This document shows positions 1 through 13,880 of a DNA stretch of 64,000 nucleotides, one piece after another. The position numbers and the translations under genes were made by a program. Where the stretch lies: the NCBI GenBank assembly GCA_028534125.1, contig CM052817.1:108316001-108380000 (forward strand). The letters are read 5' to 3'. The stretch's first letter is position 1; each line of letters begins with the position of its first letter. This DNA is from Lama glama (taxonomy: Eukaryota). Under the pieces are notes generated by a model. The model worked only from the letters and a program-made list of their open reading frames with translations, was not told the origin of the DNA and ran no database searches.

Positions 1-1350
1 TTGATACCGCCAATGAGTTCCATGAAAGAATTTTTAGCCCACAAACATTCTTGTTCAGCATTCTCCTTTCGGCAGCCCTAATTAGGTTTTTTTTTATAGG
101 ACTATGCTAAAATACATTGTGGTTGGATTGCTATTTTTAAAACTTAAACAAAATGTTATGTCGTAACGGAACAACAAGATTTTTGTTTTTGCTGTCGGTT
201 GTTTTTCATTTGTTTTGCGTGCATCCCCTCACCCAGCACTAAAACAGCCGTGTCTGGACGGTATAGTTTTAATGACAGATTTTTGTTGCTCTGTGCCATG
301 TATGGATGAGTGAATGCGTTAAAGTCGTAGCCAAAAAATGTTTTTCAGGTGGTGACATTAAAGCAAAAATTCCAGTTTGAGTTCATCGTATTTCACCTAT
401 GGATCAAAGTTACTTACAGAAATAAGGAACCCAATCTGCTGAAGTTAACTTGAAGTTTGCACGATCTGTAGAATTCATTATTAATTTTGGAAAAGTACTT
501 CTGTCAGATCATACACAAAAGCTTCATTCAGATGTGCTATTAACATTCCTTTCCACTGGAATGCATCTCAGAGCCGATGTTAACGGCAAGAAGTCCTGGT
601 ACCATTAGCGGCGAGATAATTTATAGAGATAAAAACGTATGTTTTGTTCTCTCTCCTATAGAAGATTCCTAAAGTATGAGAGCTATTTTCTTTCTCTTGC
701 GCTCAAACCCCCTTTGAAATGTTTTGCTGGGTTTCGAGTCCGGGAGGCAGAAAGAGGCCCTCACCCTGGGGTCAGATATAATGGGTTTTGGATTAAACTG
801 TCATAAATTGAAGGGTGTGGCTCTGAAGTTAGCGGCAAATTAAGGCTGAAAAGGTCTAAACTGCTAGACAATTTCTCTGAGGTGAACGATAGAGATGGGT
901 GTTCTGTTTATTGGATTTGATTATTTTTCACGAGAGTAGCGAGGAGAGGGGTCCTTCCTAAGGCAGGGAAAGATACAGAAGGACACGAGAGCGGACAGAA
1001 GCCAGAACAGGGTGGCGTGGGGCCTTGGCGGATGGACCACCCTAAGCACACGACCCCGGGGTCTGCGCAAAGATGTGCTCGGGCTCGCGTGGACGAATGC
1101 AGCTGCTCACATCTGGAAGGCCGTCTGACTCAGGAGATGACTCGTGCCCGGGACACGGGCATTCTTTAGCTCGTTTTCCCAGCATTGCTAAGATCTCCAG
1201 TCCATGGAGTGAAAGGGGAGGGGCCCTCAAGATAAGACAGAATTGAATTTCTCACCCCCTGGGCAAAGCGAGGGCGTAGATTCAATTTAATTTTGCAAAA
1301 TAAGGCACAGTGGACTCTCCTTATGCCTTCCTTACAACTGTTGAGTGGAA

Positions 1351-1850
1351 NNNNNNNNNNNNNNNNNNNNNNNNNNNNNNNNNNNNNNNNNNNNNNNNNN
1401 NNNNNNNNNNNNNNNNNNNNNNNNNNNNNNNNNNNNNNNNNNNNNNNNNNNNNNNNNNNNNNNNNNNNNNNNNNNNNNNNNNNNNNNNNNNNNNNNNNNN
1501 NNNNNNNNNNNNNNNNNNNNNNNNNNNNNNNNNNNNNNNNNNNNNNNNNNNNNNNNNNNNNNNNNNNNNNNNNNNNNNNNNNNNNNNNNNNNNNNNNNNN
1601 NNNNNNNNNNNNNNNNNNNNNNNNNNNNNNNNNNNNNNNNNNNNNNNNNNNNNNNNNNNNNNNNNNNNNNNNNNNNNNNNNNNNNNNNNNNNNNNNNNNN
1701 NNNNNNNNNNNNNNNNNNNNNNNNNNNNNNNNNNNNNNNNNNNNNNNNNNNNNNNNNNNNNNNNNNNNNNNNNNNNNNNNNNNNNNNNNNNNNNNNNNNN
1801 NNNNNNNNNNNNNNNNNNNNNNNNNNNNNNNNNNNNNNNNNNNNNNNNNN
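1351..1850. other. Assembly gap (500 N)
   Basis: Run of N; the round length suggests a placeholder size. Confidence 1.
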
Positions 1851-3240
1851 TAAACTTCAACAAAAATCTATATAAAATGTGTGGCCTGCTCCAGTACTCA
1901 GGGAGGAATTTATAGCTTTGGATGCATTTGGAAAATATGAATGGTTGGAAACACATGGAATAAACATTTAAATCAAGAAGTTTTGGAAAGAACAACAAAA
2001 TAAATCCAAGGAAAATAGAAGGAAGGAAATTACTGGAGAGAAAAGAAGAAATGGATGAAGTACAATCGCACACATCAAATCAATAAAAATAAATTGATTC
2101 TTTGAAAGGCTAACAAAATTAAAAACCTCTGTTAAGTGTGATTAAAAAGAGAGAAAACATGAGTAAATATCCCTAAGATTAAAAGTGATGTGGATAATCA
2201 TAGAGATTTTAGATGTCCCAAGACATTATTTCACACATAGTTGTCCTTAATTTTAAAATCAAATACAATGGATAATTTCCTAAAGAAAAATGTTATCAAA
2301 CTTTATCTGAGACAGAAAAAAGATCTGAATAGACAAATGCGTCCTTTTTTTAAAAATATGCTCAGAGTCGTAAAAACTGTAAGTGTCCCTAAACCTACCA
2401 TCAGTAGCACAAGGCTGGATCTGTTTCATGGGAGTTTTAGAAAAGTCAAAGAACCCTTAACTCCAGCCTTGTTTAATTTCTTCCAGAGTCTAGAAAGAAA
2501 TATAAAGACTCTCAATGCATTTTATGAGAATAGTGTAATCTTGGCATGAACAGAATATGGATGACATAAGAAAATGATATTATTGGTCAGTCTCATTTAT
2601 AAATACAGATATAACAATTCACATAACTCTTGAAAGACTATACTAAATAAAAAGACATAAGCTGAAAACAATGCATCACAGACAAAAACAGCTTATCTCA
2701 GGTATCATTTCAAGTTAGAAAATCTTTTAACATAGTAATTATGTAATAGTTCATCAGATAAAAACAATATAATCGGGTCAATAGTTGCAAACTGGGACAA
2801 TGAATTTATTCAGCATTTTAGCCTGGCAAAATCTCTAAATGTTAAATTCCAACTACACCATTAGTTTAGCAGAGGATGGGAAATAAATTCTTTCTTACAA
2901 TATCGGCAGGAGTGTAAATTGATATAGTCACTCTGTACAAAAATTGTATTAGCAATTAATTTTTTAACTGCATAAAGGGTGCTCTCTGTAGTATTTACTA
3001 CACAGAGTCATTCTCCCACAAATATGAGAACATATAAACAAGAATGTTTATTTTAGCACTGTTTGAAATAATGAACATTTTGAAACAATACAAATATTCT
3101 TCATTAAATAAAATGTAATACATGCATATGATGAAATAATCTGGGTATCTAAGTGAATAGCTCTCAAAAAACCTAATGCTGTGAGTGATGTGTATAGTTA
3201 GACAGCAATTGTGTAAATTTAAAGACATTAATATTTGTAC
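1851..3240 (+). mobile_element. Old degenerate LINE-1 (ORF2/3' remnants, L1M-type)
   Basis: A-rich sequence with L1 ORF2-like motifs (e.g. aattgattctttgaaaggctaacaaaattaaaaacctct, ggcaggagtgtaaattg); no open frame. Confidence 0.6.
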
Positions 3241-3664
3241 GTTTTTTCTTTAAAATATTATTAAATTTTTTTGAAAAATGCCACCAAACTGACAGTCGCA
3301 ATTGCCTCTAGGTATAACTGCAGAGGAACAAGATGAAGGCTTAGACGTGATGATGCTCTCAAGTTTACCTTTAAGGTTGTAACTTTTTTTCGAAGACAAA
3401 GTATTCATATATTATTTATTGATAAAAAGAATTAAGTAAACAAAACTGAAAACAAATATGCTGGAAGGTTAAAATGATTTAATTCTCAGTGTTGGGATGT
3501 AAGTAATTATCATATTTCCTTTACCATTTTTCTGGTTTTCTGCCTTGGACCTCTCTCTCTCTCAGCCCATCTCTCTCATAGACACACATGCACACACACA
3601 AGCACACATGCACCTAAAAGCATACTATAGGGAGACAATTCAAGCTTCCAATGAAAAGGGTTTC

Positions 3665-4030
3665 ATACAGTGCAATGTTGTCAGTGTCTGTTCCCCCCAA
3701 AATTCACGTGTTGAGATGTTGACATTGTAATCCTCACATGAAGGTGTTTGGTGATGGAGGTTTTGGGGAAGTGATAGGTCAGGAGGATGGGGCCCTCACA
3801 AATGGGATTAGTGGTTTTACACCAGAAGGGGACACCCAGCCATCTGTCCTGTTGCCACATGCAGACCCGCAGGAAGAGCCCACTGTGAACCAGGAGGAGG
3901 GTATCACCCAGAACCCGGTGTGCTGGCACAGTGAACTCAGACCACCAGTCTCCAGAACCATGGGCAGTGTGTTGTGTAAACCTCCCCGTCTATGGTCATC
4001 TGCTGAAGCGGCCAGAGCTGACCAAGGCAC
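3665..4030 (+). mobile_element. MaLR LTR (MLT1A/MST-like), solo
   Basis: ccccccaaaattcacgtgttg...gggccctcacaaatgggattagtgg...ctcagaccaccagtctccagaaccatg...gctgaccaaggca, a typical MaLR LTR layout. Confidence 0.8.
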
Positions 4031-5035
4031 ATGCTAGAGATATCATCTGGGCACATCGTCAGAGCCAGAAAAATGCTGCTTCCAGTCCCTTGTCCCTGGA
4101 TGGCGAGCGAAAATTAACAGGGACCACTTGACATGCACACAGTGGGAGCTGTTTCCTGGTTTGATCTCTAACTTGAGGGGTTCTCTGGAGAGTTCTGATT
4201 AAGTCCAGGGGAGGCAGGGGAGGGAACAAAACAGGAGGCTTCAGGATGCTGAGCTTTGGAGCACACAGGTGTGGATGTCCCAGAGGGTGCTCAGGAAACA
4301 GGTGGGCAGGCAAGGACTGGAGCTGCTCACGGGGAGGGGAGCGACCACACCAAGGACTTGGGGCCAGGCTGCGGTGTGGGTGGCGGCGGCTTGTGGATGC
4401 AGGGCTGGGTATCCTCGCATCCCGGGAGGCTCTGCACAGGCCAAGGCCCTGGACGGGCAGGGACTTGGCCTGTGCAGACGGAGTTCCGTTCAGCCTGAAT
4501 AACATGTGAATCCAAAGGCACGAGACTGAGTGAAGAGTGAGGGGAAGGGGTGTGCTTCCTTCCCAAACCACTGGCAGGGAGGAAAGAGGAGCTGTTCCTG
4601 AGGATAGAATGATGGGGCAGGGCAGGGACAGGCCATTTACAAGATGGGGCGAGCAAACCCAAGGTATACACAAGAATGGGGGGTTTTCAATGACTTGAAT
4701 GTAAATAAATAAATGGAACAATCTGCTGAGAAGAGGTTTTCCCCCCTGTGGGCCATCTGGTTCCTGTCAATTAGCACACCCTTATTTTATTTGATCTTTA
4801 AATAGGCATTCCCTCTAAGACCTCAAGCGTAACCTTCATGTGAAACTGTTTCAGAAAGACATAAAGTAGGTGCCTCGTAGGACTTCCCAGAGGGCAAAAA
4901 TGTAGTGTGTCTTAGTTGCAAATAAAACACCAATTAATGGTAAGCACTATATATATATATATACACGCATATACATGCATATATACCTATATTGACCTAA
5001 ACCTATTCACACACATACATACACTTTCATATATG

Positions 5036-5400
5036 TTTTTTTTAATTTAGATTGTATTATTATTTATTTTTCTTTCTTTTTTACTGAAGTATGATCAGTT
5101 GACAATGTTGTGTCAATTTCTGGTGTACACCATCATGTTCTGGTTATACATGAACATACATATATTCCTTTTCATGTTTTTTATTGTAGGTTACTTCAAG
5201 ATCTGAATATAGTTCCTTGTGCTGTACAGTAGGTCCTTGTACAGTATTTTATATATAGTAGTGTATATCTGCTGATCCCAAACTCTCAGTTTATCCCTTC
5301 CCACCTCTTTTCCCCCCTGGTAACCATAAATTTATTTTCTGTCTGTAAGTCTGTTTCTGTTTAATAAATAAGATCATTTGTGTCTTTTTTTTTAGATTAC
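5036..5400 (-). mobile_element. Lineage L1 3' end
   Basis: Reverse complement of the L1 3' UTR seen at 18793-19380 (ttgacaatgttgtgtcaatttctggtgtac...gaatatagttccttgtgctgtacagtaggtccttg). Confidence 0.85.
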
Positions 5401-6349
5401 ACACACACATATATAATGATATTTTAAAAATCTAATGTCTTCCCAGCATTATATTTATGTTGTGTGATTAACAAATGTGTCTTCAGTAAATGGACAAATA
5501 TTGTGGCTATAATATAAGATATATTGCCTTAAGGAACATTAAAGATGGCTTTATTACTTAGAGGTTGGCCTCATACATTTTTAATATGAATTCAGAATGT
5601 AACACATTATCATTTATACAGAATTGACTTAATCAGATATTTTGATTAATTGAGAATAACCATTATGTTCAGTAGTTGGATTATCAACCTTCAAAGAATT
5701 AGAATACAATGAAATACGTCAACATGACAATTCTATGGAATGTAATTTAGTGTTCTTTCTACATTTCAGAAAGAATTGCGGAATCATGCACTTTTCCAGG
5801 ATGATAATTTTGGGCATTAATCATCTATTAGCACCATACACGCAGGAGCTGTAAGAGGTTGGACAGCACATGTATTATTGCCACACACGCGTGAGCGGAT
5901 GAGGCTTGATTTATACAGCATGTTTAATCTAGCCAGGAAATTCTTTTACCTATTCTTTTCTTTTTAAATTCTGAAATCTCATTTTTTAAGTTCTCTTTTT
6001 ATATGGATAAATGTAAAAGCTGACCTTTCACTATGTGGATTCTGCATTAGGGGCCTTCCATCACCCACAACCTAATTCTTAAATCACGGATCCTCCAAGT
6101 AAATATTCTAAGGGTACCCTGACACATTCCAAGTATACTTTAATATGCATTTTCTGGTTCCTGCTACTGCTCCTCTCCTTAAATTGTGTTATATTCAAGA
6201 CTGATCTCCAATGATTATGGATGTCAGTGTATTTTTTTAGCCAAACACCCATTATGCTAATAAAAAAAAAATTGGAAAACCGAAACTGCTTTGGAAGTAG
6301 TTTTCTCACGAGAGCTGATGCAGACATAGTAACAGCCGTAGGAGGTAGA

Positions 6350-6590
6350 GATAATAATGATTGTGATTTATTGCACACTTACTATGTGCTGGGTACCTGC
6401 TGAGAGCTTTACATTAAATGACACATTAAATCCTCATAATCATAGTAGGAGGTTGTCATCATCACCCATGTTTTCTAAATGGGGAAACTGAGGCTCAGGA
6501 TGTTTTAAAAAACAATTGCCGAGATTTACACTCGTAAATGGAACGCTGGATAGACAGCTCCTTCCAAGTCCTAGCCTGTAACCACTCTAA
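6350..6590 (-). mobile_element. MIR SINE remnant
   Basis: Core motif aatggggaaactgaggctcag plus atttattgcacacttactatgtgc. Confidence 0.75.
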
Positions 6591-9319
6591 AAGACAGACT
6601 TAACATATTGCAGTCGATAATTCTTATAGTATTTTTACTCCCTCTTTAAAAATTGGGTAATTGAGAAAAAGACTCTTTGACAAGGTTTGCGGGGTTGTGC
6701 ACGCACGGTAACCCACACGTGCTCCTTCCAGCCTAGACGTCCTTCTCCCCTCGCCTGCCTCCCTCTGGATTCTCATACAGGACTGGCTCTTGACGTAGTG
6801 GAGACCCTTGGATCATTTCTGTGTGATGCATGTCCTATCTACACCCTTTAGGAAATTCCTCATTTTCATTTGGACACTGAAGTTACTTCGCTGGAAATTC
6901 AAATGCTTCCAAGATGCCAGTGGACTGATTGGAGACTCAAGCGATCTTTGCATGAAAGGGCTTTTGAGTACAACACAAATGAATAAAGCAGAGAAGGGCA
7001 GATGTGTTCAGAAAGAGGCTTTTTAATAGTCCGCGGTGAAATTTATCAAACATTCCCTCTTAATGAGTTCTATGTCATATTCTCCCCATTAATACATTAA
7101 AGATCATCTTTGCAGCTGACCAACCTGCAGATCGTTAGATTTATTTTTAAAATGCGTAAGTTTGTTAGTAAGGAGGGAGATCTGATGTTTCGGTGGTTTC
7201 TAAAATCCCTGTGGCGTGAGGTCCTGGTCCTGGAAGAGAAGGGCTAGAGTGTGTACTATGTTAAGTGTCCTGTTCCTCCTGCTACATTTCCAGCTCCAAT
7301 GAATGCTTAAAAGAACATCCCTTGAGAACATACAATAAACGTAGCTGAGCTTTCCAAAAGCTAGAATCATTTACCTCTTCCTCTTGTTTACCATTTTGCA
7401 AAATGAGGTTTCTGTTCCGTGTCAGCCGGGACACAGGGTGAGGCAATGTTAATTGACTAATAAAACCTCTGTTTGATGAGGTAATTGGGGAAGGACCTGC
7501 CATTTGACTGCATTCTTGCTAAATCTTAGAGAGGTCCGACTCCTTCTGGTCACCTCCCTGTGATCATCTTAATGGAACAGCCACTGCCTCGGGCTGCAAA
7601 TTGGGATTTACTGAAAATTGTTTCAAGGTATAGGATTAAGATCAGATGGGAGTTTCAGTTAAGAAACAAACACTAGGTGAAGTGTGTTACCTCGTCAGCA
7701 AAGGAACATTTTTGCTTTGCTGTTCATTATCCTCTCAGCAATGTGAACTAGGAAATAAAATTCCAATAGCACCTTAATATTTTTTATTGAACTGTTTCTG
7801 CACCTTACAATGCCTGATTTCTGTAACAGTTCATGTCTAGCTTCAAAATTCTAGGACCTCTAGAAAATTGGCCTTTTGTTTTTCTACATTCAAGTATTTC
7901 TTATTTTTCTGTCTTTTCTTTTCAGGCAAATGATTGATTTTCGTCCTTTCTCTTACTCTTTTTAATGATACGCAGTATGTGTTCTGATTTGTACCAAGGT
8001 GGTTTGTCTAATTAGCATACTTTCTGTTCTTACACTCTTGACTTACCATTTAAGAGTCTATCCTTCCTTATGCATTTTATTCGTCCTAACAATTTTTCGC
8101 TAACACAATACCTTTAACATATTAAGCACTCAGTAAGCATTTACTGTTTTACAATTTTTTTGTTCAGTAGAGAAGATTTCAAAAGAACTGTTTTGGGTGT
8201 GATCCTTGAGTGTGAGAAATTTAAAAATATTTACAGGAGTGAAAATGCAATTATTGTCTGGAATACAGAAATTCCAACTAGAACAGAATTTATTAATTTT
8301 CTCCTTGCTCTTGCTGGTTAAGGACAAAATTAAATAATGCGTATGTATATATATGTATGTGTATATATACATATGTAGAGAAAATATAAAATATATTAAA
8401 TGCAAAATATCAAGTTTATACGTATATATGTAAATATTGAAATTATAACCAACCCTGAGTATGGTATCCACATTATCCACTAATATTAATCACAAGAAAA
8501 TCTGTAAAGTATATTTGCCCAATTGACATGTCTAATGCCTTGAAGAACTCAACCCTAACCTCTTAAAAGGTTAAGACTAGCTTCATAAAAAAGGGTGGAG
8601 GGGTAGTTAGGGAATGCCAAATTAACGATATACTGTGTAAACATATGCATTTAATTAGAAAATATAGTTGGAATAAATCTGCTTTTCTAAAGCAAAGTAA
8701 TAATATTCTAACAAGAAATCTTGATTAAAGGTTATAAAAAAGATTTCAAACTACTTGTCATCTCAGTCTTGGTACTTTAAAATTTTATATCCAACTATTT
8801 GTGCAGACTGAAATTCCCCTTACTACAGATGATAACTGAGTTGTTTTTAGAGCAGCTGAGCTTGAACACTGCACGTTTTTTGGGCTATATTAATTTCATT
8901 AGTCAATAGAGATGAAAGCATAAGCCTGAAAAACACGTAATGTTGAGTCAAAACGTATTAGTTAAAATAAACATTTAAAGACACAGCATCCAAGACCAGC
9001 CCACTTCAAAGAAATAATGAGACTTAAAATTAACCACTTACCCAAAAGGAAAGGTACCTGACCGAACTCAGAACTGCCATCACTGCTAAGTGTGATATAC
9101 AAAGGTCAGCTTCAGTCTGATTGGAGTTTAAGATGCGGGCAGTGTGAGAAGTGACTACAAAATAAGTTAAACATTTAACGAGGAGAATTTTATGCGTCAG
9201 AGAAAGGTATTTTTTATAGTTCATTGGCAACACAAAGGTCTAAAAATGTTTGAGCAAAATGCTGTGACCACAGCTTTATTTTAAAGAAACTAATGCCATG
9301 ACAGGTAAATTAAAAATGT

Positions 9320-10350
9320 AGTACTAGGGACTGGATCATGAACCAAAAAGAAAAAGAAAAAGAAAAAGCAAGACAATTGGCAAATTTGAATAAAGTCTCT
9401 AGATGATAGTATTTTGTCAATGTCAGTTTCTCCATCTGGGTACCTGGTACCAGGGTGGCTCTGAAAGGAGGTCTTGGTTTAGGAAACATACAGTGAAGTG
9501 TGTTAATATAAGGGAACATCATCGTATCTGCAACTTTAGTGTCTCATGCACGCACACACACACACACGGTAGGAGGGAAAATAAAACACGTGTGATAAAA
9601 TACTAATGTTTGGAGAAACTGGATGAATGGTGCACAAAAATTCTTCGTAATATTTTTGCATGTTTTTAAGTCTGACACAATGTCAAAAAAGGTTTTAAAA
9701 AAGCAAAGTAATATGTCAACATACAACAGGTTATAGGTTATAGGTTATAGGAAGACCAGGCTGTGAGAGGATCATAAAAAGCTACCTTCGAGGCGTTTGG
9801 AAGGACATTTGGGAGAAACCACTGGAATTGAAAACGTATACATCTTTCAACTCAGCACCTCAAATTGTGGCATCTGCCTGAAAGAAATAGCCACGTACGT
9901 GCACAAAAATATTTATTGCAATTAACTTATTTTGTAGTAGAAAGGAAAAACAATCAAAATTTCTGTTTAAAAAGAAGCGAAGCTCAGCCACATTCATGCT
10001 ATATAGAAGGATAGCCAAAGATAGGCTTATAAACATCCAGGATGTGCCCACATAGGAAGATCTCTGAAACATATTAAATGAAAAATAAACAAATTGTAAA
10101 ACTATACATCCAGTAGATTCCCATTTACATTAAACCCCATTATGTTCAATTATGTTTCATATTTAAAAAGTAGACAGAGGCTGTAAATGCCCCGAGTGAG
10201 TCTGGATGTTCACAAGACCCTGGCGACCTCTGGGGACTGGGCGAGAGTTTGAAGAGAAGAGACTGTGATGGCAATGTGAAGTCCTTCCTCACTTTTAACA
10301 CATTTGTTCGTTCTTTAATCCATCCAGGTATTCACGTATTACTTAGCAAT
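9320..10350 (+). mobile_element. Old L1 (L1MC/L1ME-type) 3' UTR remnants
   Basis: ggactggatcatgaaccaaaaag...gacaattggcaaatttgaataaagtct and later aaatatttattgca...tagattcccatttac motifs. Confidence 0.55.
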
Positions 10351-11371
10351 TAAAAAAGGAACATCACAAAGCAAGTTGAAAAATAAGAGTTATAAAGGAG
10401 TGGGGTTGGGGACCACTGTCACAGTCTGATGACTGGGAAAGGGACACGGATTTCCGGTGGCCTCCCCAGAAGGAGAGGAGGTGGCAGGTGTGAGAGAGAA
10501 TCTCTATGACTGGACCGTGTGGGAAAGGAAGGCAGATTTAACACAGGTGACTGGAACAGTGATGACTCTATCAGAAACAGAAAATGAAAGAAACAACCAA
10601 ATTGTAAGGAGATCTTTTTTTTTTTAATTTTGGAAACAACGAATTTGAGATGCTGATATCCAGGTAAATATACTGCACGTTTCCTAGAAAGACATACTAT
10701 TTGAAGTACACAGATCAGGACTACCCTGGGGTTAAGTAACTAGACTCTCGAGGTAACAATATGAAGCAACTGTTAGCGGACACCAACTGGACTTCGTCAT
10801 GGTCACCATGGAATGTTCCATTTGCAGCTATATATGCGCACTTAATCCTGGGACAGCCATTTGTATGTATTTGGGTATTAAAATTGATCTTAAGAGGCTA
10901 CAATATCATATTACAGAAAGTAATTAATTCACATTATTTCAAGAAATAAATCCTCTATAATGAGACCTGTCTTCCATCTGGTACCTTTCCCGCTTCAACT
11001 CTGGTTCTAAAACAAACTCCCTGATATGAGTGAAATTTGAAAGAATAAAGAAAAGAGATTATAAGCAAATATAATGATTTTAAATACAAATTTTAAATGG
11101 TCTAAGTCTTATTCAAGACATTTTCTTTTTTCCTATCACAGTTCCATTAAGATGTTTTTGCCCTGGATCCTAGCAAGATTTTGAAACCCATCAAATATAG
11201 TTTTGGGGGGGAATTTAAAAACTACTCAGATGGCTGAGATTTTGCAATTAGAGGGTGCTGAAGGACTGTGGAGGATTAGATACATTTCATTTTTTAAAGA
11301 TTTAGCAATCAGTGATTTTGTAAAAAATTAGTCTTCAACAAAATAGCACTGAATTATGCATGGCAATTGGC

Positions 11372-12732
11372 ACAAACAATATTCAAACACATTTTATTAT
11401 TGAATTGACCACACAAACTCTCAGCTGCAACAAAACTCTCCAAAGGATGTAAATATTCTCACATGGCGTCATGTTCGTGTTAGGTGGATTACAGAGTCTT
11501 GCTATCAGCTATGGCGACCCGGGAGTGTCAGAGACCAGAAAGTATCTATTTTAAAGTTGGAACAAGATCAAAGCAAGGAAATCTAAGCAATCTAGACTTT
11601 TAGCAAGAAAGAAAATACAAGAAGAAGAGAGGCTTAACATAAAGTAATTACTTACTTAATCCTTAAATGTTTTGTAGCAAAATCAAAAGCTATTCAAATA
11701 AGAAAAAAAGAAATTCAGAAAAAAATTTAATTTTACTTTGAAATACGTAAGCATTTTAATAAAATAAAGAAGTTAAAATCCTTTAATTACTATGAATTTT
11801 CCTTCCCAAACCCAAGTTACTTCTAGTAATAAGGTATTTTCCTCTTGGTTTCTTAACAGTGGTGTGAAATCACATACCCACTACTATATTCCGATTTAAA
11901 ATATTTATGACTCTTTTTAAGGCACAATGATTTTGTATACTCTGTATCAACAAAATAAAATCCACGAAAATATATTTAGGTTTTAAAGTAGAATTTCTTT
12001 TATCAGAAATATTTAATCAATATATCTATCCTTTAGTTTTATTTTATCAGAGACCAGAATTCAGCACGAATTTAGGTGCATCTAGATTTCCTTTTGTTTC
12101 AAAAACGCTTACTGTGTTTTATTCCCTGGCATTTTGACAATACAGGCAGACTTTAAAATGAGCTGATTTTTTGCAAATTAGTACATCTTTGAACTTTATT
12201 TCTCCACAGAGCTTGCATAATTATAGCTGATATATTTCTACTTATAAATTTAAATGATATGTAATATAATTCTGCTTTATCTGTGATAATACCATCTAAA
12301 ATTATACAAGAATAAGATGGCTTTCTCTGCAAGTTACAAGGAGGGGAGTTTGCAACACGTACATTAGAATGGCGATCAGATCATGACAGGGTTCAGCGAG
12401 CACAGAATTACTATCAGAATTATCGGAAGTATCTGCAATTCACACTAACTGGAGAGAAACGTTTGGATTTTGGTTTATGTGGTACACTTGTCCTTCATTG
12501 GTTCCTAAAGCGACACGTTTGCTTTACATAAATACATCATGATTAGAGCACAGACGTAACAAGATCATGCTGCCATTCCAAATTAAGGAGCCACGTTTCT
12601 ATGACAACCGATGGCATCCAAGATGCAGTGTATTGCTGTGAAGATGCAAACAATCGTCCGCAGGCTGGCCTTGATGGACGAGGCTGGTCACGATGCGATG
12701 GGCTCTTACTTAACATGAATGGAAAAGGTTTA
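11372..12732 (-). other. GLRB: GLRB 3' UTR (3' end approximate)
   Basis: AT-rich sequence after TGA with no repeat I recognise, running to an AATAAA hexamer at 11398-11393. Confidence 0.65.
11393..11398 (-). terminator. Polyadenylation signal AATAAA (likely distal)
   Basis: Plus-strand tttatt; minus context CAATAATAAAATGTGTTTG; TG/T-rich sequence downstream on the minus strand. Confidence 0.6.
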
Positions 12733-13029
12733 TCATAAATATATCGACCAGTAGATCACATTGAAGAACAGGAAGCAGAAAGGAAACAGCGCTCTGGCAT
12801 AAAGATCGATGCGCTTGGCGGCTGTCGGGATGACGGGTTTGGCGGGAGGCGGCTTCTTGGTGTTCTTGTCCTGAGATCGTCCGAGGCCGTTGTTGACTTC
12901 AATGGGCTTCCCGTAGCAGTCGTAATTGGACAGCTCGAAATCTCTCGGTAAGCTGCCCACGATGCTGAAGTCATTAGATCTCAGGTCAGACTTGGAGGTA
13001 CACACCTTCTTGCATCTGGTCTCTCCAAC
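12733..13029 (-). CDS. GLRB: Glycine receptor beta, exon 10 coding part (intracellular loop, TM4, stop)
   Basis: Minus strand tttatcctcag|GTTGGAGAGACC...; [33 protein letters not shown]...[29 protein letters not shown]; 297 nt. Confidence 0.99.
   Translation of the reverse strand, partial: VGETRCKKVCTSKSDLRSNDFSIVGSLPRDFELSNYDCYGKPIEVNNGLGRSQDKNTKKPPPAKPVIPTAAKRIDLYARALFPFCFLFFNVIYWSIYL
12835..12858 (-). other. GLRB: Codons for the proline-rich SH3-ligand motif KKPPPAKP
   Basis: Direct translation; this motif is the reported syndapin I/PACSIN1 binding site of GlyR beta. Confidence 0.8.
12931..12969 (-). other. GLRB: Codons for the gephyrin-binding motif [13 protein letters not shown]
   Basis: Direct translation; established GlyR-beta loop motif that binds the gephyrin E domain. 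Confidence 0.95.
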
Positions 13030-13880
13030 CTGAGGATAAAAGGGAAAGACGGGGGTATTCAGAATTTTTCTATGTAGAAGACGTTTTCAAAAAGATACTT
13101 TAAAAAATCGGATGGCTTAATCCATTGACAATGATCTCTTTTGGTTAAACAGAAATTCTAGTCAACTGATTAAACCAGGAGGTGACCTGAACATGGAGGG
13201 TTCTACCGTGTTGTGTACATAACAAGGTTTATGTCATGGAATAAACTTTCAGTAGGTTATTTTATGATAAGAGATCAAAGCACAAATCACCAGTTATCTT
13301 AGGTACTCCCAGGCTCGTGAGAGTTCTCAGTTGAAAGAGTGAGCGATAAATAAAAACCCATCTTTAACCACAAACAGCACAGCTCATCTCAGTACAATAT
13401 ATGAATTACAAAAATCTTCTGGTACTTCTAATCTTTGACTTCCCCATGGATCCTACTTCCAAACCAGATGGTTTATAGAAGACTGAGGCATTTGTCACAT
13501 CAGTGAGACAGTGTGTCCCTAAATTACACTCACAAATAAGAACTGAACATGATCACCATTACCATGAACAAAAGATTCACTAGTGAAAGGCATTTCTCCC
13601 TTGTTGACTAAAGACGAATTACACAGAGACTCCAAATGCAGAGAATCCAAAGGAACTGTGTATATTTCAGCTGGATCATATGCTACACAGATTATTTGGC
13701 TGAGAAACTCGTAATTATTAAATCTGACTCCATTTCCTATAATATATCAAGTAATTATTTCACAATGAACTCTTCCTGGCAATCTGAAGAGATCTTGGAA
13801 AAGATGGAGGTATAGGCTGACCTATGGTTTAAGGGCACCGACGTCAGGAAAGGCCACAGAAGGGCGAAACTGTGACCCAA

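Noticed and set aside
1293..2073. Long ORFs spanning 1293-2073
   Set aside because: Artefacts of the 500-N gap.
4059..4721. 220-aa minus-strand ORF and overlapping ORFs
   Set aside because: GC-rich patch with low-complexity Pro/Ser/Leu composition and no splice or homology support.
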